Assembly (NCBI GenBank): GCA_050613775.1
Contig: JBODTK010000011.1
Coordinates: forward strand, 682,001 to 746,000
DNA: 64,000 nucleotides
Direction of reading: 5' to 3'
Source: Neocallimastix sp. 'constans'
Taxonomy: Eukaryota
Below the pieces are notes generated by a model. The model did not search any database and had not been told where the DNA came from. It saw only the letters and a program-made list of their open reading frames with translations. Positions 36,934 to 55,167 of this stretch are shown in pieces (position 1 is the stretch's first letter; the number at the start of each line of letters is the position of its first letter). Both the position numbers and the translations under genes were made by a program.

Positions 36934-38766
36934 ATGGAATACTCTGAATTTGAAAAGATTTTATTATCTCAAATAAAAAATAAAAATGAAGATTGTATTC
37001 AAACAATTGAAAGTAATCAAAAATTAATTCAATTATATTTTCAAAATAATGAAAAACCATATCATATAGAACATTTTGTAAATAATTTGAATGATATCAT
37101 ATTAAGTAATAATGATTCCTTCAAGTTAATTGAAAAGGTATTAAAACATAAATTATTTGATGAAGTTCTCAATTATTTTAAATATAGTGAAATATTCATT
37201 AATGCTTGTAAAGCTAATAATAGTAATGCTTTAAAATGGTTATTAACTATGGATATTAATTATTATATTCAAGATGAAAATGGAATGACTGCTTTAATGC
37301 ATGCCGCAGGCAATCGACGTTTAAGTTTTGTTGTTAAAGAATTAATTAAAGATAATGATGATTTTATTCATCTTACTGATAAAAATGGCGAAAATGCCCT
37401 TTTCCATGCCATAAATAATGATGAAAATGATACTTTTACAAGACTACTTTATTCAAAAATTGATGTCAATCATCAAAATAATGATGGAGATACTGTACTT
37501 CTTTATTGCGCTAAGAATGGTTATATTAGAGCGGTTGAACAAATAATAAAATTATCTAATATTGATTTAGATATTGTTGATAAGGCAGGAAGAAATGCCG
37601 TTATGTATTTATTAGAAAATGAAGAGTTTAAGATAGTCACTCGTATCCTTAAGACAAAACAATTCGATATTAACTACTATAATTATAATAATAATGAATC
37701 ATTTGTCTCATTAATCATCAAAAAATATCAAGATTTATTTGTTAAAAATAAATATTATATTAATAATAGTGAGAAGAAATTCAAGATTAGTTTCTTTGGT
37801 TCTATGATGATTGCTACTCTTGTTTATCCCGGATGTGATTTCAATATACCAATTGATGATGATGGTAATACTCCTATAATGTATTTCATGATGATAGAAG
37901 ATTACCTCACTACTAGTTTTATTCTTTCAGATTACCCTAATGTTGATCTTTCCATTAAAAATAAGCATGGAGTGAATGCTTCACTTCTTTCTACTTTCAT
38001 TGATGATAAAGAACATATATTAATTAAAGAATTCGTTAAAAACAAAACTTTTGATACCCAATATGTTGATAAGGAAGGAAATAATTTATTAATTTATGCT
38101 ATAATTAATAATAACACAACGGTTTTCAGTAATCTTGTGAATGAAAAAAGTATAAATCATGTTAATCAAAAAAATGAAGATACTCTTATTATAGCTACTA
38201 AATTAGGATTTTTAGAAAATATTAATGGTGTTGAACTTCGTAAAGCTGATATTAATCATCAAGATGATTTAGGTAATACAGCCATGCATTATGCTATTAA
38301 ATTAAGATATAAATATGCTGTTAATTTATTAGCCTATTATCAATGTGATATGGAAATAAAAAATAATGAGGGAGTCACTGCTAATGAATTAGTTAATCAA
38401 CTTGAAGAAAAAGATATCCTTAAAATCGTAAAAAAGCCACTTCCACTTCATGAAATGAAAAAGAAAATAAAGAATGATAGTAAATCCTTCTTATTCTTAA
38501 AGAAAAAGAAGAATACAGATGAAAAAGTTGAAGAATATATTAAGAATTATCAAATGACGAACTATCAAAAAGAATATCTTAGACTCGTAGAAAACATAAA
38601 AACTTATGAAAAAGTAAAAAATTTAATATATGTTGAAGAACCATTAAGTTTAGCTTACTATTTATCCTTAGAGAAAAGAAAAACTTTTATTCCATTAATT
38701 TGTGTTAATCCACAAGCAATTAATGATGATAAGAAAATGGCGGAAGCCGCCTTTATTTTATTTTAA
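36934..38766 (+). CDS. ankyrin-repeat protein, intronless, 610 aa
   Basis: Repeated G-x-T-A-L-x-x-A ankyrin motifs: GMTALMHAA, GENALFHA, GDTVLLY, GNTAMHYA. Confidence 0.92.
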   Translation: MEYSEFEKILLSQIKNKNEDCIQTIESNQKLIQLYFQNNEKPYHIEHFVNNLNDIILSNNDSFKLIEKVLKHKLFDEVLNYFKYSEIFINACKANNSNALKWLLTMDINYYIQDENGMTALMHAAGNRRLSFVVKELIKDNDDFIHLTDKNGENALFHAINNDENDTFTRLLYSKIDVNHQNNDGDTVLLYCAKNGYIRAVEQIIKLSNIDLDIVDKAGRNAVMYLLENEEFKIVTRILKTKQFDINYYNYNNNESFVSLIIKKYQDLFVKNKYYINNSEKKFKISFFGSMMIATLVYPGCDFNIPIDDDGNTPIMYFMMIEDYLTTSFILSDYPNVDLSIKNKHGVNASLLSTFIDDKEHILIKEFVKNKTFDTQYVDKEGNNLLIYAIINNNTTVFSNLVNEKSINHVNQKNEDTLIIATKLGFLENINGVELRKADINHQDDLGNTAMHYAIKLRYKYAVNLLAYYQCDMEIKNNEGVTANELVNQLEEKDILKIVKKPLPLHEMKKKIKNDSKSFLFLKKKKNTDEKVEEYIKNYQMTNYQKEYLRLVENIKTYEKVKNLIYVEEPLSLAYYLSLEKRKTFIPLICVNPQAINDDKKMAEAAFILF

Positions 38767-39422
38767 AAATAATTAAATTTATAATTAAATATATATATAT
38801 TATAAAATTATGTAATAATAATAATATTATTATTATTATTAAATTTAGTCTTAAGTTTAGTAGTTAAAAAAATAAAGAAAAAAAAAATATCAATTATCCA
38901 CTTTTTTAAAAGTGTATAATTAATGAATATATATATATATAAATATATAAATATATTCATATTTAATGTATTTAATTTATTAAATATAGTAAAATACATA
39001 TCTAATAAAAAAAAAAATTTTAAATACAAGAAATATGGTTTTGTTTTAATATTGAATTTTTATTTTTATATTTTTATATTTTTATATTTTTATATTTTTA
39101 TATTTTTATATTTTTATAATTTTATATTTTTTATAATTTTATATTTTTTATAATTTATAATTTACATTCATAATAATATTATAATTTTTACTTTTTTTTT
39201 TTTTTTTTTATTTATGCTAATTTAAATTAAACTATTATAATGGTTTTTGATTATTTTTTATTTTTGTAATGAAAAAAAAAAAATTTTTTTTTTGACTATT
39301 TTTTATCTTTTATGAAAAGTTAAAGTCAAATGATTATATCCTAAAAGAAATTCAAATTTGGTGTTAGGAAAAAAATTATTTACCATCTTACTTCATAAAA
39401 ATAATCATAATTTTCATTTGGT

Positions 39423-39466
<44 letters not shown>

Positions 39467-39469
39467 GAT

Positions 39470-39670
39470 TGGATGTATTAAATGCTTTACATATTAAATA
39501 TGGATTTAAATTTGGCCTAAAATTATATATTAAGAGTAATAATGTATCAGAAGAATGTCTATTTTGTTGTCTTTGTTGTAGTGATATAGTGATAGTTAAC
39601 AGCATACCTAGTTTCACACATTAGATTCTTTTACATTCTAAATTTGAAGAATTCAGAAAAGAATTCATTC
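39470..39670 (+). mobile_element. LINE ORF2 zinc-domain relic
   Basis: LHIKYGFKF...NVSEECLFCCLCC...SKFEEFR aligns by eye with the motif near 21935-22100. Confidence 0.45.
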
Positions 39671-39991
39671 AATTTAATGATGAAATTTATATTTTTATTT
39701 TTTTTATTTAAATATTTTTTTTTTTTTTTTAAATCTATATGCCAAAACGCCAAAACATATTAAAACTAATACAAAAACCATATCAATTCAATGCTTAAAC
39801 ACACACACATGCATTTTATACAAAATTAATGCTAAAAAGGCGTCCAAATACAATGCATACTATTTGCACTATCATTAAACATTTTTTATGAATAAATACA
39901 GATTCGAAATGATAATTTTTTATCCACATGAAGTTATCATTGATGAATGGAGAAGAGTTAGAAGTCATTTCGTCCTAGAAACTCTTAACAT

Positions 39992-40025
<34 letters not shown>

Positions 40026-40345
40026 CATATATATATATATCAATAAAAATATTTTAAATCCTTGTTTAATCAATGAAAAAAGAAATAATAAAATTTATTA
40101 ATAAAAAGAATAGTTATTTAATTTTTTTTTTTTTTTTTTTTTAAATTTTATTTCACAACTCTTATTATTCAAAACCTCAACCTCAGGAAAAGAAGAAAGA
40201 AAATGGTAAAAAATGTCTTTTAATGAATATCTTAATGTCCCATGATGATCATGATGACTTTAAAAATTATTATTATTATTATTATAATAATATTTTTATA
40301 GATATTCTATATTACTATATTTTTATTGATATAATATTTTTAAAT

Positions 40346-40414
<69 letters not shown>

Positions 40415-40935
40415 ATTACTATTACTACTTCTATTACTACTACTAATAAAAATAATTGAAAGTAATAACTAATAATATTAACTATAATAATAATAATTAT
40501 GATTATAATGAATAAATTTACAATTTAATTTTTATTTTTATTGTTATTTATGCTTTTATTAGTATTTAATTTTTAATTATTATTTTTTTTTTTTAAGATA
40601 TTTTTTTAACGACATTGAAAAAGATAATTTTTAAAATATTAAGCTATTGTTTGGATTAAACTCTTATTAAACCTAGAAGAGAAAGAGGAAGAAAATTATG
40701 GAGAAAATATATAAAAGATTTTATATTTCAATAAGTTTTATGTCTATTTTTTTTTTATTTTTATTATTTGTTTTATTATTACTATATTTATTTATATTTA
40801 TTTTTATATGTAAGAGAATGTGCTAAATATCATAGATATGTGTTTAATTATATTAGACAGTAGGCTACATTATTAAGTGTAAAATACTTTTATTCGATAA
40901 TATAATGCCGTGTAACATTAAATGTTACCAAATAA

Positions 40936-44464
<3,529 letters not shown>

Positions 44465-44533
44465 ACACATAATATAATATAAATAACATTTCAGATTTTT
44501 AAATGTTCTCTTTAACGTGATGAATTTTTATTT

Positions 44534-44572
<39 letters not shown>

Positions 44573-44712
44573 TTTTTTTTTTTTTTTTTTTTTTTTTTTG
44601 ATACTTTTAGATTCAACATTTTTTAAATAAATAAATAAATAAATAAAAAGTAGACTAAAATAAAGAAATATCAATAATGAATAGAGATATACAGTAATGG
44701 AAAAGGGTATTA

Positions 44713-44751
<39 letters not shown>

Positions 44752-45445
44752 CTCTGATATAATATTAAAAAAAAAAAGGAAAATAATAATAGTAATAGTA
44801 ATAATAATAAAACAATAAATGTTTAAATAATAATGTATATATGTATATACTATTACTATTATTATTATTAAAATTATATTAAAAAAAATATTATTTTTGA
44901 TAAGTTAAACAAAAACAAAAACCTTTTTTTTTTTTATATTTTTTTTTTTATTTTTTTATTTTTTTATTTTATTTTATTTTATTTTATTTTTATTATATTA
45001 CTTCATATTTTTTTTTTTTTTTTAGTTTGCTATTGGATATAAACTTTACAAATTTATTTATTAATTTTTTTTTTTTTTTTGTCTTAAAAAAATTCAAAAT
45101 TAAATTATATTTTAAAAAAAAAATTTTTTTTTTTTCTTTTTTCTTTCTTATTGTTATTTCGATTAAATGTTTGAATTTTTATTTTTATTTTTATTTTTAT
45201 TTTTATTTTTATTTTTTTTTAACTTATAATTATTATTTATTATTTACTTTAATTTATTTTTATTTTTATTTTTATTTTTAATTTTTGTTTAATTTTAGAT
45301 TGAAAATATATCTATAGTATTTTTTTTTTTTTTTTTTTTTTTTTTCGTTTTCATTTTGTATATATTGTATATTGTATTGCAAAAAAAAAAAAAAAAAGGA
45401 ATGTAATATATGCATATATCACATTATATATCATATGTATATATA

Positions 45446-45498
<53 letters not shown>

Positions 45499-45534
45499 GG
45501 GTGTATATTTTTTAATTAGTTTAAATAAATGAAA

Positions 45535-45900
45535 CTATTCATGAAAACGAACTATTAATACACTTAAATTATCTGTACTGAAATTTTCTAATGCATGTTT
45601 TAAGAGAACTTCACTAGCTTCTTGAGGATCTGTAATATTTTCTATTAATTCTACCGCTTCATCATCTGAACATACATCCCAAACCTGATTTAAATATGAA
45701 TAATATATATATATTCATATATTTATAATTTAAATATTTAAAGATAATAAATTATATTATAAATAAACAATTTATAAAAGAATTGAAATATATATATATA
45801 TATATATATATAATTTTTATTTTATTTTATTTTATTTTATTTTATTTGTTTAGTTTTGAATTCATCATTATACATTATAGAATTTAAAATATATATATTA

Positions 45901-45931
<31 letters not shown>

Positions 45932-46797
45932 GGTAGACATATTATTATTTTACTTACACCATCACAGGCTAAAATTAGGAATTTATCATTGTCATCAAGA
46001 ACAACTCTTGAAGTATATGGATTACCAATAACCCATTCTTTCATAGAATAATCACCAAGTGATCTCGTTACAGCAAGTACACCTAATAATTTTTTTTTTT
46101 TTTTTATTTTAATTTAGTTTTTATGTTTTAGCAATAATAATAATAAAATTAATATCGAATATTAATATAAATTAATTTAATTATATTTTGTACAGAACAA
46201 TATATATATATATATTATTATTATTACCATTAACTCTAGCATTTAATACGAAACCACCAGCATCAGTAATTCTTTGTACTTCTTCACGGTTGGAACCTTT
46301 GTGATCACATGATAATCTTAGAGCATGTCCATTACGACTATTAAATGATTTAAAAATAAATTAATTTAGAAAAAATTAATATATATATATATATTAAAAT
46401 TAAAAAAATATTATAAAATAAAATAAAATAAAATAAAATAAAATAAAATAAAATAAATATATATATATATAAATTTTAATATAAGATTAGACATATTAAA
46501 TAAATTAATTTCAATTGTCACTAGTTTTATTAAATTTAAATTAATATGCGAAAATAATAATTTTATTTTAATATTATTTAATCAGTTGTACTTTATGTAT
46601 TAAATTATATCATTATGATACTCATATGCATAATAATAAATGGGTAATACATAATAAATCATAAATCCATAAATCCATAAATCATAAATAATAAATCATA
46701 AACAATATAATAATTAAATAATAAATAATAAATAATAATAAATAATAAATAATAGATAAATAATTAAATAATTATATAATAAAAAATAAATAAATAA

Positions 46798-46853
<56 letters not shown>

Positions 46854-46864
46854 AACTAGCATTA

Positions 46865-46918
<54 letters not shown>

Positions 46919-47492
46919 GTTATTTTATTAAGAACAGAAATTACCTTAATACAGCTCTAGCATCACCAACATTCGCTGAATATAAAACTCTCTATTTATA
47001 ATATGATCCATATTTTAATAGATTATTACCAAGATTTAATTAATATATATTATATATATATTTATAAAATATAAAATAAAGAGTCATTAATATTTAAATA
47101 TTGTGACTTATTAATTATATCAATGTTGTTTTTATATTAAATAAAAACTGATATATATATATATATAAGTAAAAATATATATGTATTATTATTACTATTT
47201 CTTTTTTCCTGTGAAAATATTTTTAATATTAACCTTTTCAACTTCATTATTATTTTCATCTTTTATTTTTTCTTTTCTAACTAATACAACAATTGCTGTA
47301 CACCCTGAAGGTATTCCTCTTTTCTCATTAAGTTGTGAATCTGTTTTTAGAAATGCTTTATTTAATGATTCTTGTATTGGCATATCTGGTGATTCTTTAA
47401 GAATTTCAATTAAATTCTGTTTTTATTTTTATTTTTATTGTTATTGAGTATTATTGTTTTTATTATTATTATTATTATATTTATTATTATTA

Positions 47493-47534
<42 letters not shown>

Positions 47535-48398
47535 GATTTTATGATTATTTTATAGTATATATAAATATATAAATATATAATGTATATAATAAAAAATAAA
47601 ATAAGAAATATGATATCATTTATACGTATTATTTAATGTTATTTCAATAAAAATTATGAATTTTTCTTTTATATCTATTTCAATTAATTTTTAATTTTTA
47701 TTCTTATTCTTATTATAAATGAATATTTATATAAATATATTTTTGTTTTATCATACTTCATGTAATTGTTTTCCACACCATTCAGCTGCCTGTTTCCCTG
47801 CGTGTCCATCAAATATAGCAAAATATCCTTGTCCTTCAACATCGTTAAAATTATAAAAATAGGCATGTGCATCCTTTTTTTTTAATTTTTTTTTTTTTTA
47901 ATTGTAATAATATTAGATAATATAATCCAATTATAAATATATATTGTATATATTGTTGATGGTGATAATATTTTTATTATTATTAAATATAATGTTAAAA
48001 TAAAATTTTAATAGTTGTCACAAAAAAAAAAAAAAAGGCAGATTACAAAATAGTTAAAAAATATATATATCTAAATTCAATTGATGGATTATCCAATTCA
48101 ATATGATTATATAAAATGGAATAATATATTTTTTTTTTCTTTTGGATTAACATATTTTTAAAATGATTTTATTAAATATTGAAAAAAAAAATAATACCTC
48201 CATTGTTCTTCTACAACGTTTATTTCTATCTTCTGAAAAACCAATACTGAAACCAGCTTTTTTAATTTCATTTAATAAGGTAGTATCTTCAACTTCTTCT
48301 TCTTCTTCCTCAGAGTTTTTTGCATCAATAATTGAAGCAACTGGTGCGTCATCGTCTTCACCGATGACAGTTGTAGTGATTTCTTTAATATCAGTCAT
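45535..48398 (-). CDS. PTC1: protein phosphatase 2C (PTC1-like), 310 aa. Exons: 48398-48198, 47873-47757, 47416-47234, 46991-46945, 46337-46228, 46082-45958, 45684-45535
   Basis: [52 protein letters not shown] and TDN motifs. All introns are GT-AG and frame-consistent. Confidence 0.92.
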
Positions 48399-48778
48399 TT
48401 TCCTTTTTTTCTTTATATATATATTAATTTATTTTTATTTTTGCAGTATTTTTTGGTATTATTGTTATTATTATTAATTGTATATTAAAAAGTATTATTT
48501 CAAATGTATTATGTATTATTGTTATATTAAATTATTTTATAGTTATATCTTTATTTATTACACCTGTTTTTATTTTATTTTATTTTTTTTTTTTTTGTAT
48601 TTGTCATTAAAATATAATTTTTGGAGGTATTATTTATTTAAAGTTTTATTTATATGAATCGCATAGTTCAATGTATTAAGTTGATATATAAAAGAAAAAT
48701 AAAATATATACATTAATTGATTAGTTTCAATATTTATTATATATATTATTTTATATATTATTTTCATTTTCATTTTCA

Positions 48779-48813
<35 letters not shown>

Positions 48814-49184
48814 TTCATTAATTAATAGTATTATCTATATATATACATATAATAAAAAAAGTAATATGATAGAGAATTCATTCTTAATTATGATCTTTTA
48901 AAAAATAATTATCATTTATATTTAATAATTTCATTTAATATTAAATTCTTTACAAGTTATTTTATTATTTTTTCTTTACAAACATTTTAAAATTATAATG
49001 TGAAAAACAAAAACAAAAACAAAAACAAAAAACAAAACAAAAAAAAAAAAAAAAACAGTATATATACTTTTTTTGCTATATGATATATTGAATATTCAAC
49101 AATTTTTAATTATTAGAATTTATATACATAATTAGAGCAATTAATTTTATTTTATTATTACTTGATATACATTACTTTGGTTTC

Positions 49185-49226
<42 letters not shown>

Positions 49227-49641
49227 TATTCAATTTAAATTATGATTTTATTTTTAAAATTTTTAAAAAAAAAATTCAATTTAAATTATAATTTTATTTT
49301 TAAAAAATTTTGATGATAAAAAATGTATGAATGAAAGAAAAATTAAATTTCTTAAATTGATTTTATATTTCCTATATATATATATATATAAATATTTTTT
49401 TTAATATAATAATGATATTCAATTATTACTTTATATTGTATTTATTAGTATTCCGAACTGTAGTTTATTTCAAAATTGTATTAAGTTTTATATATTTCCT
49501 TCCTTTTTAGAGTAAAGTATTCCTGTTTTTATTGATATAATAAAATTGATTTCCTTGGTAAATATATTTATTTGTTTTTACTTTTCTTTTATTGATATTA
49601 TTATTACTATTATTTTGTCTCCTTTTTATTTCCTTTTTATT

Positions 49642-49686
<45 letters not shown>

Positions 49687-52359
49687 ATTATTATTATTTT
49701 ATATAACAAATATTAATAAATTTAATAATAAATAAAAAAAAAAAAGAAATTTCTTAAAAATAAATATAAATATCTTATTATTGTTAATAAAAAAATTTTT
49801 TTTAATAATCTCTCCCCTTTTCTTTATTTTATTTTTAAAAAAAAGTTTACTGCCTATAATTTTTATTATTACACATTTATATGTTCAAACTGATAAAATA
49901 AAATAAAAATATTAAAATATAATAAGATATTAAAAGAAAAAGAGTAAAAAATATATCTATAAATATATTAAATATAATAAATAATTAAATAATTATTATT
50001 ATATATATAATATAATGAATATATTTTAAAGATAATCCTTTTCTATAGAACTTAAAAAGTAAAATATGGAATAATTAAATAATATATGAAAGTAATAAAT
50101 AAATAAATATATAATAAATAAATAAATAAGCATATAATAAATAAATAAATAAATAAATATATAATAAATAAATAAATAAATAAAAAATAACAGGTAAAAA
50201 TGTTAAAAAAAAAAACTAAAAAACTTTATAATTTTCTAAATACTAATGAAAGATAATTTCTTTGTATTGTAACATTTATATTAAAAATGAATTTTCATAT
50301 ATTTTCTTTTATTTTATTATAAAGGTATAAAAAGAAGATAATTATGTAGTTAATATTAATATTGAAAACAAGTTATACATAAAGAAATGTTATATAAATC
50401 AATATGTGGCATTCATTAGAATTATGAGATTACCAAAAAAAAAAGAGAAAAGTATAATATATAATAATTCTTTTAAACATCAAAGACAATAATTAATCCA
50501 GAACAATAATTCATGTTTTTACTTGAAATTGAAACTATTTTAAAATTATTAAATTAAATAAATTTATAAGATCACCATTAGGAATTTTTATGTTATTATT
50601 TTATTGATATTATCCTTTCCAATAAAATATTTAATATATTAAATCATAATATAATATCAATAGGATAGTTTTTTTTTTTTTTTTTTTGTAAATATTTTAT
50701 GTAATAATTATTTTTATTTAAATAAAAAAGTTGCTGTTGCATGGTTTGAGAAATTATTAAAAGATTGATATTAACAAGAGTTATTTTTGAAAATTTTAGT
50801 AAAGATAAAAAAAAAAAAAAAGGAATTGAACTTTATTTTTACGGATTATGAAGTATTAGTTATTTGATACAATATAATTTATTACAATCAATTTTATTAT
50901 TAGGTATCTAATACATAAGAAATATTCAAATAAAATATTCATATCTGAATATTTGTATTGTAAATGAACATTTGTGAAATCCGAATAGATGTAAAATCCA
51001 ACGTGTTATTCTTCTGACAATACTTTATTCCATATATTTTATAAGGTTTTATTTAAAGGGTTTTGTTTAAAAATTAAAATACTTTAAATAAATTTTTATA
51101 TTTCAAAAAAAATTTATATATTTAGATATATTTAATATTTAATATTTATTATTTATTATTTATTATTTATTATTTATTATTTATTATTTATTATTTATTA
51201 TTTATTAATAAATACTCTTATTATTATTATTTATTCTTTTATTATTTATTATTATTTATTTATTTATTATTTATTATTTATTATATATTATATATTATAT
51301 ATTATATATTATATATTATTTATTATTTATTATTTAATTATTCAATTATTTATATTTATTATTTATTATTTACTTATTATTTATTATTCAACTATTTATT
51401 ATTTATTATTTATTATTTATTATTTATTATTTATTATTTATTATTTATTATTTATTATTTATTATTTATTATTTATTATTTATTATTTATTATTTATTAT
51501 TTATTATTTAATTATTTTATTATTCAATTATTATAATCATTTTAACTGTCAATTTGTGATTGGTAATACAATAAAAAATTAATCTCTATATATATATGAA
51601 ATATAGATATTAAGTAAAATTAAATTTAATTTACCTAAAAAGATTTAATAACATTACCAGAAATCTTTGTTAAAAATTTAAATTTAAAATATAAAAAAAA
51701 ATTTTTTTTATTCTTGATCTAAATATTAATAATTTTTATATTTTATATTATTTGATAATATATTAATTAAAAAAAATATTTATTTAAATATATATAGAAT
51801 ATAAAAAGAAAAGAAAGTTTATTTATTTATTTATTTATTTTTTTTAATACAAAACTAATAAAAAAATATAAAAAATAATAGAATTGATAATAAAAAATAC
51901 CTTAGAAAAAAAAAAAAAATTAATATAATCTAATATAATAAGGTAAAAAAAAAGTAATAATAATTTATATATGAATTTTTAAATTTCTTTGAATTTCACA
52001 ATAAATAAAAATTAATGATACATAAGAAGAGATAATTTAATTTGATTTTATAAATATTTAATACATTTTAAATGATTTAAGCGATTAAATAAAAAATTTA
52101 AAAATGTATAGTAAATTTTTTAATATATCTTTTCTTTTAAACGTCATTAAAATAATATATTTTTTTTTAAATTAAATATATTCAATATTGTTTTATTTAT
52201 TGATAAAAAGATGTTCAAAAGAAATAAATGTGATTATATTCCATTTAATGAATTTAAATATTAATATATATAAATGATTTTTTTTTTTTTTTTTTTATTC
52301 TTATATATTTATATTTATTATATGTATTTTAAACACAGTATATAATACAATAATACAAG

Positions 52360-52615
52360 ATGGAAGAAAAAAAAAAGATGTTTTTTGAATCCGGTATAAA
52401 TACATAAAATATTATTAATATATCTCTATCTATTTATATATCAATAAAATGTTTGATTGTTTCAATATTAACTTGATAATATTTATTATTATTATTATTA
52501 TTATTGAATATTACATATATATATAAATTATTATTGAATATATATAAAATCCAAAATATAAAAAATAAAAATTTCAAAAAAAAATATATATATATTTTAA
52601 ATACGTGTTCTATCA

Positions 52616-52657
<42 letters not shown>

Positions 52658-54104
52658 ATAATTAAAAATAAAAATAAAAATAAAAAAACGATATTGTAAA
52701 TAGTAAAGGATTTACAAATTAAGAAATACTCCAATGTTGATGTTCAATACGCTCTTGAGAATGCTCTTGGCAAAGTAATATAATTATATTTAATAATAGT
52801 ATTAACAATGAAAGATCTAAATATTCAAAAAAAAAAAAACAAACAAATAATTTAAAAATTAAAATTTTATATAATTTTTCTTTATAATAATATTAATTTT
52901 TTTAATTTATAAATAACTAAATAAATAAAAATATATAAATAAATGTTAAAAAAATAAAACCATAAAAATATACATTTAAATCTAATCAATCTAAAATTAA
53001 AAAAAAAAAAAAAAAAAAAAGTTATTTACAAAGATTTATGGATACTCTGAAGATCATAAACACAGTAACATTAACTTAATTCTTGGCTACACTGCTAGTA
53101 TTATTGCTGGTGCTGCTAGTCTTTATTCATATTTAAAACCATTCAATGAATGTAAAGGAATATTGGCTGTCTCTGTCGTCTTGTAAATTATTATTTTATT
53201 TTATATTATTTTTTTTATTATATTATATATTATATATTATATATTATATATTATATATATTTTTTTTATATTTTATATATTTTATTTTATATATTTTATT
53301 TTAAATATTATATTTTATGTTTTATATTATATATATTTTTATTTTATTTTATTTTATTTTTATTTTTATTTTATTTTATATTTTTTATTATAATTAAAAT
53401 TGAAAATTATAGAAATATATCATCAAGTTAACACCACTTTTTCATAATTTCTTTATTATTATTATAAAAATAATGATAATAGATATTTCATTTTAGGTGG
53501 TTTAATGACCATTTACAACAAGTTTGTTAAAAAGAATGAAGTATTCAATGGAAGTAAAAAAGAAGAAAAAGATGTATGATAAGAAATATTTTATTTAATT
53601 TTTAAATTTTTTTATTTTAAAAAATATCATTTATTTTAATGAATAAATAATATAATATCAATATAAATTTATATATATATAATAACCTTTTTTTTTTTTT
53701 TTATTATTATTTTTTTTTATTTATTTTTGATAAATTTAATTCATTAATATATTATAATTTTATTTATTTTTATATATTTATAACAAAAATATATACCTTT
53801 TATTATATATATATTTTTATTTATTTATATATTATGTGTAAAAACAATAACAACCATAACAATTATAACAACAATAACAAAAAAAAAAAAAAAAAAAAAA
53901 AAAAAGACTAAATATATTACTGTCAGTCTTAAGAATCAAAAATACAGTGATCTTGTAGAAATTACTATTAAATTAAAGGACAGTCTTCGTAATTCTACCA
54001 AAACTTTAAAGAAATCCTATGGTAACTGGTTTGATGAAGAAGGCAATTTTGTTGCCAGTGCTTTCTTAAAAGATATTGAATATGTATTAGAAAAGAAACA
54101 ATAA
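52360..54104 (+). CDS. SPC2: signal peptidase complex subunit 2 (SPC25 family), 184 aa. Exons: 52360-52393, 52704-52774, 53022-53182, 53483-53573, 53907-54104
   Basis: Splices in frame via GT-AG introns. GYSEDH...LILGY, two TM segments with KPF and YFIL, and C-terminal KSYGNWFDEEG. Confidence 0.82.
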
Positions 54105-54335
54105 TTTTTTTTTTATGGAAAAAAAAAAATAAGAAAAGGAAATGAAATGAAATAAAAGAAAAAAAACTGAAAACCCCATATTAAATTAAAAATAATAATA
54201 ATTTATAATAATAATAATAATAATAATAGTAATAATAGTAATAAATAAATAAGAAAAAAAAAAAAATAAAAATAATAAATGCAATAATAAAAAAATTTAA
54301 TGAATAATAATAAAATAAAAAATAAAAAATAAAAA

Positions 54336-54370
<35 letters not shown>

Positions 54371-54831
54371 ACATATAATAAAATAATAAAATAAAAATTA
54401 TAATGACTCTAATGAATACAGTGTCCTTTTTTTTTTTTTTTTTTATATAATAATAATAATAATAATTATTATAATTAATTTTCATTTTCATTTTCATTTT
54501 CATTTTTATTATTTTTATTTTTATTTTTTTTTTCATTTTTATTTTAATTTTTATTTTTATTTTTATTTTTTCATTTTTTCATTTTTTATTATTATTATTT
54601 TTTTAATATTTAATGATTTTCATTCCAAAAACAAACAAACAAACAAACAAATAAACAAACAAACAAAAAAAATTAATTAATTAAAAAAAAAAAATTTCTT
54701 TTCTTTTTTTTTTTTTTTTTTTTTCATTAACTAACCAACAAAATTAAAAGGAATTATCGTCAGTTAAACTAGACAAGGTAGACAAGATAAGGCTAGGCGA
54801 GTTTACTTTTACATCACATCACCAAATAAAA

Positions 54832-54926
<95 letters not shown>

Positions 54927-55128
54927 AATGAATATTTATAAAATAGATAAATAAAATATTTTCAGATTTATATAAAATATATAAAATAATCTAATTTTAT
55001 TTTTATTTTTTATTATGTTATATTTTATTTCTTTTGTCTATTTATTTAATTATTTTTTTTTCTCAATATTCTAATCTTTTAAAAAAAATTTAAAGCGTCC
55101 AAAGTTTAAATATTTTATAATAGGATTA

Positions 55129-55167
<39 letters not shown>

